Sequence record: MT799840.1
DNA length: 64,000 nt
Reading direction: 5' to 3' (one strand)
Shown: piece after piece, positions 55,483 through 64,000 of the stretch
Layout of the letters: each line of letters starts with the position of its first letter
Numbering within the stretch: the stretch's first letter is position 1
The notes under the pieces: generated by a model
Databases searched by the model: none
What the model was told of the DNA's origin: nothing
The model's input: only the letters and a program-made list of their open reading frames with translations
Position numbers and translations under genes: made by a program

Positions 55483-55701
55483 ATGCGCAACCTGTTCTCC
55501 AAATCTGAAATCAAACCTGTTGTTGAAACCGCAGCCAAACGTAAGCCCGACATGATTGACCTGCTGCTGAAAATGTCTGCAGTAGAAGCCAAAGCTTTCA
55601 TGAATACAATGAAAGACGACGAGAAAACGATTGACAACGTTGAAGTAACCTACGGTGTTAAAGACCGCCCAAAGAATAACGGCCTTGTGTGGGTCTGTTA
55701 A
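55483..55701 (+). CDS. Small hypothetical protein
   Basis: SD AAGGA, 72 aa. Confidence 0.6.
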   Translation: MRNLFSKSEIKPVVETAAKRKPDMIDLLLKMSAVEAKAFMNTMKDDEKTIDNVEVTYGVKDRPKNNGLVWVC

Positions 55702-55725
55702 TCGACGATTGAGGATATAGTCGTG

Positions 55726-55780
55726 AAGAAAAGGGAGCTTCGGCTCCCCTTCTTTTTTTTGTTTCCTTTTCTTTTTTTGT
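55726..55780 (+). terminator. Intrinsic terminator
   Basis: GGGAGC-TTCG-GCTCCC + long T-tract. Confidence 0.85.
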
Positions 55781-55800
55781 TTGCTCTTGTTCAGATTCTG

Positions 55801-55823
55801 GTACGCGCCACGCTTTTAATATG
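55801..55823 (+). promoter_or_regulatory. Bipartite promoter variant GTAC-N15-TATG
   Basis: Upstream of the virion paralog array. Confidence 0.5.
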
Positions 55824-55881
55824 CTGGCAGGAGGTCTAAAAATCTTACGACCTCAATAATCCCTTAACTCGAGTTAACGCG

Positions 55882-56679
55882 ATGTCTTTTACTTCAAAAC
55901 AGAATCTGCTAAAACTCATCAACGAAGAGAATAAGATAAGCCCACCGCTTACCTTTGACGATGTTGATATCGGACTGCCGGAGGTTGTGTCAGTAGACGG
56001 TCGTGATTCGGAGGTGGTACTAACCTCGAAAATGCGCGGTGATGAAGGTACGCAAGTGATTGTGGACTATCATCGTCGTCCATTAGAGGACTACCTTAAA
56101 GGCGATGTTGTCTTTGGCGACGAGGACGTGCAAACCACGCACGACTTACTCGCGGCGATTAACGAGCGTTTTAATCTGTCTATCTTACCTGAGGATATCG
56201 AAGATAACCCCATTGATGGACAGACTCACACAGTCGTTGCTGTTGAAACTTCCCACGAGTGGTGAAGTCAAGCGGTCATCGAGCTGAAACCTGCTACACC
56301 TCTGGCAGAAGTAATAACCAATACAGAGTTGAGCGGTCTTCTGTACCCGGATCACCAGGACATCCAGTTGGGCCAGGCGTATATCTATTCGCGTGACATC
56401 GATTGTAGCCACATCTCTCGTTTCCTGAGCCTCTTAGCGGTCGGTATCGAAGTAGATGACACGGCGTTAGCAATCGAACTCAACAAATGTGTTCCTGAGA
56501 TTTGGGTGGCTGAAGATGCCCCATCCCCGTATAACTTGCGTGGTGCTACTGTCGTATTCGACGGCGTACCTGCAGACTTACCGGGAGCAAATACGGCGTT
56601 CGCGAAAGTCGTGTCAGTGCAACTGACCGATAAATGTACGAACTTCCAGGGCAGCCTCAACTTACACTTTAACAACTAG
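55882..56679 (+). CDS. Virion paralog-family protein interrupted by in-frame TGA at 56263-56265
   Basis: Track ORFs 55882..56265 and 56329..56679 share a frame; read through, they give a 265-codon protein colinear with its paralogs. Confidence 0.8.
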
Positions 56680-56689
56680 GAGGGTATAG

Positions 56690-57532
56690 GTGTCTATTTA
56701 CGATAAGCCCTCGAAAGAGATGTTGTTAGATGCTATTAACCGACAGAACGGATTAACGGCCAATCCACTCACATGGGAGCAGGTTGCAACTGGCTTCCCT
56801 GAGTCTGTCCAAACGCCTGGCGCTGACCGGAATACACGTGTACTCTTATACGGGTTGAACGGCAAGGGCTACAAAGGCAACGTTACGCTCGAATACGACC
56901 GTATCGAAATGGAAATTCTGTTCAGGAACGTAATACCGGTAGTCGTTGCCGACCCGGTAAATAAACTCTCTGAGTTGTTGCCGTTTCTGAATGCGAAATA
57001 CGGCTTGTCTTTAGTTGCCGATGATATCGTTGACCAGTCAGTAAAAGATTTGGGAGAAAGCTGGTTAATCGATGTGACTATTAAGCCCGGTTGCTTGGCC
57101 TGGCAAGGTGGTTTCCGTTTACGCTTTGCGAAGTTCTTCCCGAACTTGGCGGATGTGGTGACGGATGTTGACCTCAGCGCAATAATCGCACCGTTCGTGG
57201 TTGCCGATAAACCGCAGGCTGAATATGTGGCATACGGCTACGATTGGACTGAACTGCAAAAACAGTTCACTACCGATTGGGCTTACAACCGTGCAATCAC
57301 TGCAGCGGATGTTGAGTTGTTGAATGAAGTGGTGCCATTAAAGTTTGCATATGTGACGGGGGCGAATGCGCAACCTGAGCAAATTGCGCTCCAAGGTGCA
57401 CGATTTATGGGGATAACTTCAGTCACACCGAACGATAGTTACAACCCCGATTATCAGCGTGTGGCGATTATCAAGCTAGCTGCGGACAGCAACTACGCCG
57501 GTAATCTCATCCTTCATTATCTCCCGATATAA
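56690..57532 (+). CDS. Virion paralog-family protein
   Basis: PSKEMLLDAINRQN...YDR...W-x-G...GNLILHY. Confidence 0.8.
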   Translation: MSIYDKPSKEMLLDAINRQNGLTANPLTWEQVATGFPESVQTPGADRNTRVLLYGLNGKGYKGNVTLEYDRIEMEILFRNVIPVVVADPVNKLSELLPFLNAKYGLSLVADDIVDQSVKDLGESWLIDVTIKPGCLAWQGGFRLRFAKFFPNLADVVTDVDLSAIIAPFVVADKPQAEYVAYGYDWTELQKQFTTDWAYNRAITAADVELLNEVVPLKFAYVTGANAQPEQIALQGARFMGITSVTPNDSYNPDYQRVAIIKLAADSNYAGNLILHYLPI

Positions 57533-57542
57533 GGATTTTGAC

Positions 57543-58388
57543 ATGCCACTTTTAGCCACAGCTGAAAAGATTATTATCGCGGAAGTTAACGTCGAAAACA
57601 ATCTCGATTTAAAAGTCGAAGATGTTGTTTTTGGTGTCCCTGCGATTCCGACGTCTGACGAAGACCTGGCAAAAGCTAACGGTCACAACGCGATGGTGCG
57701 CATTCAGGCATTGGCCACGGCTAATGCTATCGGTGCAACTACCGTGTACTACGATCGTGTTGACTTCGCAGACATGTTTACCGATCCGGACGGGATTCAA
57801 CCTTTACGTGTTCCTGCACGTCTCGATGCTGTTTACCAGATGCATGACGTGGTCGGGTTAATTAACCAGTATTACGGTCTCAGCCTTAAACCTGCAGATG
57901 TGGTGAATACCGAAATCGACAGGAAGACATGGCGTGTGGATCTGATTGCCACGCCCTCTTCTTTAGGTTGGATAGGGCAACAACAGGTACAGCTGTTACC
58001 AGGCGATGCGTTGCTTCCTGCAAACTTCGAACCGTTAACAGTGATGCCTTACGAGTATCCGTATTTCAACATCAAGGTCGGTCAAGGTGCAGTTTATTCG
58101 TATCCCTGGCGCTTTGATAATTTCGCGGAGGAATTTCAACGACTAGGTGCTGCGATAACCACAGAACGTCTGGCACAGATTCTCAAAACGGTCACCGGTG
58201 ATAACTGGACAACATACCGTAACCCTATCGACTTTAACCTTCGTGAAGCCGTCGTCGTCTATAACGGGCGTAACAAAGCGGAATTACCAACCAACCCAGC
58301 AGTCGACAACGTGCTGATTGTGGAGCTGTCGTTGTACTGTCTGAATTTTGGCGGGCGTTTGTACTTGCATTACAACGACCCTGATTAA
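57543..58388 (+). CDS. Virion paralog-family protein
   Basis: VYYDRV, SLGWIG, GRLYLHYN. Confidence 0.8.
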   Translation: MPLLATAEKIIIAEVNVENNLDLKVEDVVFGVPAIPTSDEDLAKANGHNAMVRIQALATANAIGATTVYYDRVDFADMFTDPDGIQPLRVPARLDAVYQMHDVVGLINQYYGLSLKPADVVNTEIDRKTWRVDLIATPSSLGWIGQQQVQLLPGDALLPANFEPLTVMPYEYPYFNIKVGQGAVYSYPWRFDNFAEEFQRLGAAITTERLAQILKTVTGDNWTTYRNPIDFNLREAVVVYNGRNKAELPTNPAVDNVLIVELSLYCLNFGGRLYLHYNDPD

Positions 58389-58409
58389 TCCTGAGTAAAG
58401 GAAGTAAGA

Positions 58410-59321
58410 ATGAAACCTTTAAACAAAACGTCCGATAAGCTGGTTCTGGATTTTATTAATGAGAAAAACCCAGACGCAGAACTGGAACTTTCTAAAATAA
58501 CGCTCGGCACACCGACCCCTATTGTCGACGAAGGTGCTGATCGCAATACCAGCATGACCCTGACTGCGAAAAAGAACTCCGGGTACATCGGTACTCAGGA
58601 CGTGACTTATAATCGCCTGGAAGGCAGTGCGCTGTTCCGTAATGTAACCGCATACCTCGACGTTAAACTGCCGAAAACCACCACAGACCTGCTGACGACC
58701 CTGAACACCCAATACGGATTGAAGCTGACCGAAGACGATATCGTTCCGGCGGCTATTCCGGAAAATACCAACCCGCCGCTGACTAACCCGAACGATCCGG
58801 ACCCAGCACCGGTTGACCACGTCATTACCTTCAAAGAAGACTGCTACGCTTATCTGGGCAGCATCCCGGTTAAAATCGGTGCTAAGCCTCAGGTTGGTGA
58901 ACGTCTGAGTCTGGTGGTAACACAAACCAAGCTCGACGGCCTGGTTTACCCAGATGGTCCAAGCGAAGCGAAGGGTCAGGGTTACATCTACTCTTACGGC
59001 GTAGACTGCACAGCAATCGCACCATTCCTGAAAGTACAGGCGAAAGGTGTTATCGCTGGCGACTCTGCATTCCCGGTTGAGCTGAATAAAGTTGTGCCGG
59101 AACTGTGGGTTGCATCTGATGAGCCTGCGGATTATAACCTGAAAGGCGCTAACGTGTTGTACGTTGGTTCTACTACTGACGATGGCACTGCTTCAGGCGA
59201 CGAACCTAAGAAACCGGTTGAAGGCGCAAACACTGCTTACAACCAGGTTCTGCTGCTGCAGCTGGATGACACTCTGTGCACCAACTTCCAGGGTATCATG
59301 TACCTGCACTTTAATGCCTAA
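58410..59321 (+). CDS. Virion paralog-family protein (strong codon bias, likely abundant)
   Basis: TSDKLVLDFINEKN, YNRL, GIMYLHFN. Confidence 0.8.
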   Translation: MKPLNKTSDKLVLDFINEKNPDAELELSKITLGTPTPIVDEGADRNTSMTLTAKKNSGYIGTQDVTYNRLEGSALFRNVTAYLDVKLPKTTTDLLTTLNTQYGLKLTEDDIVPAAIPENTNPPLTNPNDPDPAPVDHVITFKEDCYAYLGSIPVKIGAKPQVGERLSLVVTQTKLDGLVYPDGPSEAKGQGYIYSYGVDCTAIAPFLKVQAKGVIAGDSAFPVELNKVVPELWVASDEPADYNLKGANVLYVGSTTDDGTASGDEPKKPVEGANTAYNQVLLLQLDDTLCTNFQGIMYLHFNA

Positions 59322-59329
59322 TTAGGCCT

Positions 59330-59374
59330 CGCTGGGAGGAGGAAATCCTCCTCCCAGCTACTCCTTTCTTTTTT
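59330..59374 (+). terminator. Internal terminator in paralog array
   Basis: GCTGGGAGGAGG-AAAT-CCTCCTCCCAGC + T-rich tail; follows the most codon-biased paralog. Confidence 0.8.
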
Positions 59375-59390
59375 GGCCGAGGAGGCTATT

Positions 59391-60230
59391 ATGGCTTTAT
59401 ATAGTCTGTCTCAGCGACAATATCTGTACGATGCGATTAATGCCGAAAACCCGGATGCTGTGCTACCGATGGGTTTAGACAATGCTATCATCGGTACGCC
59501 GAAAGCAATCACACCGACAGCAAGCGGTGCCAACACCGAGATTATCATTCGTGGTCGTCAAGGTCGTGGCTATATCGGTCCTCAGACGTTCCGTTATAAG
59601 CGCTTGTCGCTGAACGACTTATTTAAGAACATGACACCTCAGGTAACTGCACCGAATGCCTACGGTTGGTTGAACGTGGAGTCGAAACGTACTGCGTTTG
59701 CGCAGAACCTGAACGGTCGTTATGGATTAAACCTGGTTGCAGATGATATCCCAGAACAATACGTTTATCTGAACGTAAACAACACGATGCGTATTAACGC
59801 TAGCTGTATCCAATACACTGGCAGTATCACCTTTATGTCTGTCCGGGGTAAGAATAACCTCGAAGACCTCGTGGTAAACGACATCTTGTTGGCTTTGAAC
59901 CACCCTGCAGCAGCAAGCACTGGTAAGAAATACATGGGCTTCTTGACGTACGGGGAAGACTTTACTGATGAAGTGCAGGTTATGGCCTCGTTTAAGAACG
60001 GGCGAATGGATGTAGGAAGTAACTTTGATTTGGGTTACACGTCCAATCTGATGGCCACATTGGTCGCACGTGGGGTACCGTCGTTTGATCCGACGAACTG
60101 CACAATTACCCGCTACAAAACGAGTGAGTTGGCGACCGCCAATAAAGCGTACGATAACGTATTGCTGATTACCGGCATTCAGAACGACCCGAAAGTAATC
60201 GGCGAGTGTATGTTGCACTACAACAACTAG
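59391..60230 (+). CDS. Virion paralog-family protein
   Basis: ATG 59391 after GGAGG; YLYDAINAEN, YKRL, GECMLHYN. Confidence 0.8.
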   Translation: MALYSLSQRQYLYDAINAENPDAVLPMGLDNAIIGTPKAITPTASGANTEIIIRGRQGRGYIGPQTFRYKRLSLNDLFKNMTPQVTAPNAYGWLNVESKRTAFAQNLNGRYGLNLVADDIPEQYVYLNVNNTMRINASCIQYTGSITFMSVRGKNNLEDLVVNDILLALNHPAAASTGKKYMGFLTYGEDFTDEVQVMASFKNGRMDVGSNFDLGYTSNLMATLVARGVPSFDPTNCTITRYKTSELATANKAYDNVLLITGIQNDPKVIGECMLHYNN

Positions 60231-60240
60231 GAATTAGCGA

Positions 60241-61128
60241 ATGGCTATTTATCAACCTTCTAAAGACGTCCTGTTGGCAGCAGTGAACGCACAGAACTCG
60301 CTTGCTGTTAAGATGACTGACATCATCTGGTCCACGCCAAAGGACATCCGTGGTACGGAAAAGGAAACGTTGACTAACCGTAACACGCAAATTAAAATTA
60401 CGGCAGATGGGGTAAAGGGCTCTACCTGGTCGGGTAAGAAAAATGTCTTCTACAACCGCATGAAAGTCGAAGACTTGTTAGTGCTGATTGGTGACACGTT
60501 GGCGATCGGCCCATCCAACGAAACCTTGTATGCGGCCATTCCTGGACTGAACCAACGTTACGGTTTTGTTCTGGAAGAAGCTGACCTGCAGGACGCAGAT
60601 ATCGAATGGAACGGTGATAAGACCGAAGGTACTGTGCGTGTTGTTGCACATCCAGAATCTATCGGTTGGGTTGGACAGGCGACATTTAAAGTCGTGAAAG
60701 GCGATGAGTCGTTAGTCTCTGCGGTCACTACTAACGTCCTGACCGGTCTGAAATACCCGAACGGTCAGATGGGTTCCGAAACCGTTACTGCGGTCATTGC
60801 AGAGGTTTATTCCTACCCGTACAACTTCACTAAGTACCGAGATGCTCTGCTGGCATACAAGCCGGGTATTCTGTCTGGACAGCCGTTAACGGATATGGTT
60901 AACCTGCTGAAAGATATCACGGGTACTGCATGGGTAGCGACCACCTCCGCTTCCTACGGTTTGGCGGGTGCGGAGGTTATCAGCGTTGGTCTGAATGACC
61001 CTGTTGCAATGCCGACAAACGCGAAGTACAAGTATGTGCTGGCGTTGAAACTGCCTGTTACCTGTACCACCATCGTCGGAACGTTGTATCTCCAGTTCAA
61101 CGATCTGGACGATCCAAGCGAGGTATAA
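60241..61128 (+). CDS. Virion paralog-family protein
   Basis: PSKDVLLAAVNAQN, FYNRM, GTLYLQFN. Confidence 0.8.
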   Translation: MAIYQPSKDVLLAAVNAQNSLAVKMTDIIWSTPKDIRGTEKETLTNRNTQIKITADGVKGSTWSGKKNVFYNRMKVEDLLVLIGDTLAIGPSNETLYAAIPGLNQRYGFVLEEADLQDADIEWNGDKTEGTVRVVAHPESIGWVGQATFKVVKGDESLVSAVTTNVLTGLKYPNGQMGSETVTAVIAEVYSYPYNFTKYRDALLAYKPGILSGQPLTDMVNLLKDITGTAWVATTSASYGLAGAEVISVGLNDPVAMPTNAKYKYVLALKLPVTCTTIVGTLYLQFNDLDDPSEV

Positions 61129-61959
61129 TTGATGATCAACTATGCTAAGCCGTCAAACGAGTTGGTCTTTGACCTCATTAACCGGGATAACCCGAACCTA
61201 CCTATTAAAGCGTCGCCGGCAAACTGCTACGTGGAGAAAGTGACGCAGGTTCCCGTTAATGCAGCTTCCAACAACCGCAATACGTCGGCACGCTTGCGCG
61301 GTATTCAGGGTTCCGGATTTCGAGACGCAATCACCGTTTACTACGACCGTGTGAACTTAGCGCGGTTATTGCCGTGGGGTCCTTCTGTCCAGGCGCAGTT
61401 CGTCACGTTTGACGCGCCCAACCTCCACTCAGCCTTTTCGGTGCTCTTGGATACTTACGGAGTAAACTTCTCTGCAATCGATATCTATAACCTCCCACTG
61501 GCGGGTCCCAATACCCCAAATTACAGCAATACACAGAACATCGTAGCGCTATCGACATCTCCGGCTTATATCGGTTCTGCGACGTTGCGTTATAACCGTG
61601 GTTTACCGGTACTAGACACTTCGGTGAAATCGGATGTCTTGAATGCGATTCAAGAGCCTATTTCACCGTCTCTCGGTAAGAAGTGTATTGATTTGTTGAC
61701 GTACGGTATTGACTTTACCGCGTATAAAAACCTACTGACAGTAGATGCTTCTGGCCTACCGCAGTGGGCTGGTTTGCGTAAGGTGTTGGATGACCTGGGT
61801 ATTCCGAACTACGCGGGGCCACTGAACAGTAACACCGTTCAGGATGTGCCGACATCCACCGCTCAGTTCGCTAACAAATCGTACGACCGCGTGGTTATCC
61901 AAACGGGTATCGATGAGGAAGGCGTGAAAGGCGTGGCGTACTACCACTATAACAGCTAA
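61129..61959 (+). CDS. Virion paralog-family protein
   Basis: PSNELVFDLINRDN, YYDRV, GVAYYHYN. Confidence 0.8.
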   Translation: MMINYAKPSNELVFDLINRDNPNLPIKASPANCYVEKVTQVPVNAASNNRNTSARLRGIQGSGFRDAITVYYDRVNLARLLPWGPSVQAQFVTFDAPNLHSAFSVLLDTYGVNFSAIDIYNLPLAGPNTPNYSNTQNIVALSTSPAYIGSATLRYNRGLPVLDTSVKSDVLNAIQEPISPSLGKKCIDLLTYGIDFTAYKNLLTVDASGLPQWAGLRKVLDDLGIPNYAGPLNSNTVQDVPTSTAQFANKSYDRVVIQTGIDEEGVKGVAYYHYNS

Positions 61960-61963
61960 GTGT

Positions 61964-61990
61964 AGGGGCTCTTCGGAGCCCCCTCTTTTG
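61964..61990 (+). terminator. Internal terminator in paralog array
   Basis: AGGGGCTC-TTCG-GAGCCCCT + short T run. Confidence 0.7.
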
Positions 61991-62006
61991 GCGATGCGGA
62001 GTCCCT

Positions 62007-63497
62007 ATGCTATTTTACTCGAAGGAGTCGGCACTGCTTGTATACGACCAAGTCAATCGGGATAACCCTGATTTAGTTGTTAAGCTGACGCCGGCTATCG
62101 CTGCTTTAACCGGTGGCCCAACTTCAGTTACGTTAAACCAACGTAACACCAAAGCTGTTTTCACCGGGTATCCAGGGACAGGTGTACAAGGTAATGTTAC
62201 CGTGTACTACGACCGGATTAACCTGGCCACTTTATTTAATTTTGTGCCGACTGTGGCTATCAAAGATACAGTCTTAACGGTACGAGACGCGCTACCTGCA
62301 ATAAACGACGCATTGGGGCTTACATTGGTTGCGTCAGACCTGCAGTCGCCTGATGCAAGTCTACCTAAACCGAGCGCTTCGCCGCAGACGTTGAAATTAA
62401 ATATCTCAGGTAATTGCCCTGCGTTTACAGGCAGCTTAACGATACGTTATACCGTCCCGAGCGGTGCAATTTACCCCGATTCTGGACCTGGCCCTAAAAC
62501 GTTGCTGCAAGGTAACACTATCGCGGGTTATTTCGGAACAACCACAATTGCAGAGTTGTTTACACACTCTCAACTTCTTAATGCCACTATATCGGCCGGT
62601 GCGTTACCACCGGTACATTCTGGTGCCGAAGGTTGGTACAAGTTCTTTTACCAGGGTAGGGTTATTTACCTTCCGATCAGTCCTGTCGCTAGCTCCATCT
62701 CCTGGAATACGTTATATACAAACGGACTCGTTTACGGAACAGATGATAATGGTAAATACCCTGCGGCGACGCCCGTTAACCAGGGACGCATCATTAGCTT
62801 TACAGGCGCAGACAACAAAAGGTTTTACTTCCGTGTTCGTCTACCTAGTGCCGGGAAAGACCCATACGTCAGCGGCACCCCAACTGCCGCTGAGTTAGCA
62901 GGTAGTGAGTTTGAGATGTTCAACTTTCTGTATAATGGAACGTGGGACAAACCGATTAACAGTTACTGGGCGCTGTTCTGTTTATTGAAAGATACACTGA
63001 AGACCAACGTCGCCAATCATCGTATGGCGACGTTGTCTGGAGCCAGTTGGACAAACTTAGAAAAATCATCGAGCGCGGGCAACTACTACTGGTTCCCGGT
63101 GCTAGAGTTGGTGGATAAGTCCACGGTTACCTTGGGCTTAGAAGATATCCACGGCGCGGTAGATTACAGTCTCCAACCGTGCAGCGTGTCCGCAGAAAAC
63201 ACATTTAGTCTCAAGCCGTTAGTGCTCGGTAATCCAGATACTACCGATTTCGAACCGGTAGTTGTTACTTCAGAAAACAGTTTCGCACTGCATCCGCCCG
63301 CATTAATGCTGCCAAAGACTGTCGATTTTCAACCTGTGGCCGTTACTGCGGAAAACAGTTTCGCACTGCATCCGCCCGCATTAATGCTGCCAAAGACTGT
63401 CGATTTTCAACCTATTGCGGCTACCGCTGAAATGTATACGCCGCCTGATAATGTATCGTTAACGACCCTTAATGATGAACTGGACGGCTTTAAGTAG
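62007..63497 (+). CDS. Virion paralog-family protein with extra domain and C-terminal 26-aa repeats
   Basis: Family N-module, GPGPKTLLQGN domain, repeat stalk, terminal LNDELDGFK. Confidence 0.8.
   Translation: MLFYSKESALLVYDQVNRDNPDLVVKLTPAIAALTGGPTSVTLNQRNTKAVFTGYPGTGVQGNVTVYYDRINLATLFNFVPTVAIKDTVLTVRDALPAINDALGLTLVASDLQSPDASLPKPSASPQTLKLNISGNCPAFTGSLTIRYTVPSGAIYPDSGPGPKTLLQGNTIAGYFGTTTIAELFTHSQLLNATISAGALPPVHSGAEGWYKFFYQGRVIYLPISPVASSISWNTLYTNGLVYGTDDNGKYPAATPVNQGRIISFTGADNKRFYFRVRLPSAGKDPYVSGTPTAAELAGSEFEMFNFLYNGTWDKPINSYWALFCLLKDTLKTNVANHRMATLSGASWTNLEKSSSAGNYYWFPVLELVDKSTVTLGLEDIHGAVDYSLQPCSVSAENTFSLKPLVLGNPDTTDFEPVVVTSENSFALHPPALMLPKTVDFQPVAVTAENSFALHPPALMLPKTVDFQPIAATAEMYTPPDNVSLTTLNDELDGFK
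63195..63428 (+). repeat. 78-bp (26-aa) in-frame tandem repeat, 3 units
   Basis: Units start at 63195, 63273, 63351; 63273-63335 is identical to 63351-63413. Confidence 0.95.
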
Positions 63498-63508
63498 AGG
63501 TATCATCT

Positions 63509-64000
63509 ATGTCTTTTACTTTGCGTTGGAAAAATCCAAACGTAATCCCTACGGTAGTAAAAATCTACCGTGATGTTAAAGATATCACACCAAGCGCTTT
63601 GCCTGAACCGATTGCAACGCTCTCAAATGGCGAGACAGAATGGCGTGATACCACCGCCACACCAGGCGCAACTTATTATTACCTTCTGACGGTAACCGCC
63701 AACGGTAAAACAGTGGCGTCGCCTAGCCAGAAATATACCGTTGAGGTAAAACGCGGGATAGGCCCAATGACTATTCTAAACGGTAACGACCGTTTAGGGT
63801 TTATGGGTGCGGTTCCTTACGACGAACAATGGTTACCGTCACAAATGCCACCTGCATTTCTGGCGATGTTCCCTAACCTGTTAACCGATCGTGTGGCGTT
63901 GTATAAATTTACCCGAAACGGGAAGATCTATTACATGCTATCCAACACGTCGCAGTTCCCGAATACGCCTGTGGACTGGGCTTCCCTCTATCAAGCCGGT
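63509..64000 (+). CDS. Virion protein (partial): FN3/Ig-like domain followed by the GPxT..GN domain also in 62007
   Basis: Hand translation MSFTLRWKNPN...WRDTTATPGATYYYLL...GIGPMTILNGNDRLGFMG; runs off the window. Confidence 0.7.
   Translation, partial: MSFTLRWKNPNVIPTVVKIYRDVKDITPSALPEPIATLSNGETEWRDTTATPGATYYYLLTVTANGKTVASPSQKYTVEVKRGIGPMTILNGNDRLGFMGAVPYDEQWLPSQMPPAFLAMFPNLLTDRVALYKFTRNGKIYYMLSNTSQFPNTPVDWASLYQAG

Noticed and set aside
55723-55839. 38-codon hydrophobic GTG ORF with an SD-like GAGG
   Set aside because: Runs through a terminator and poly-T tract, which explains its Phe/Leu content.
1-64000. CRISPR array, tRNA or rRNA genes
   Set aside because: No regularly spaced repeat-spacer units or cloverleaf-like sequences in the short intergenic gaps; repeated elements are explained as promoters, terminators or a coding repeat. 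Manual inspection only; tRNAscan would be definitive.

Overview
A 64-kb segment of a phiKZ-related, nucleus-forming jumbo phage (Chimalliviridae). Gene order and the capsid/portal maturation motifs (ATE-130 in the capsid; ATE-161 and AQE-254 in the portal) match my recollection of Salmonella phage SPN3US (Seoulvirus). That identification is from memory, not a database search. The window holds neck/baseplate genes, DnaB helicase, major capsid protein, a non-virion RNA polymerase beta-like subunit, portal, RuvC, thymidylate kinase, Dam methylase, six GNAT-fold genes, a GH8-like virion protein, many small early genes and the start of a large virion paralog array. No tRNA, rRNA, CRISPR array or mobile element was seen. 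The most interesting signals are: (1) a fixed-spacing bipartite promoter TTAC-N15-T(A/G)TG at 8 exact and 3 near sites; (2) three copies of an early-promoter cassette (TATATTAC, covarying hairpin, quasi-palindrome AATCGACNATT, SD), one driving an XRE-HTH gene; (3) an in-frame TGA in the first virion paralog (readthrough or nonsense); (4) a split-barrel GH8 cellulase-like virion protein; (5) degenerate tandem GNATs flanking Dam; (6) three adjacent genes starting MLKP(K/R)K(R/Q)K; (7) a 75-aa HslU fragment.
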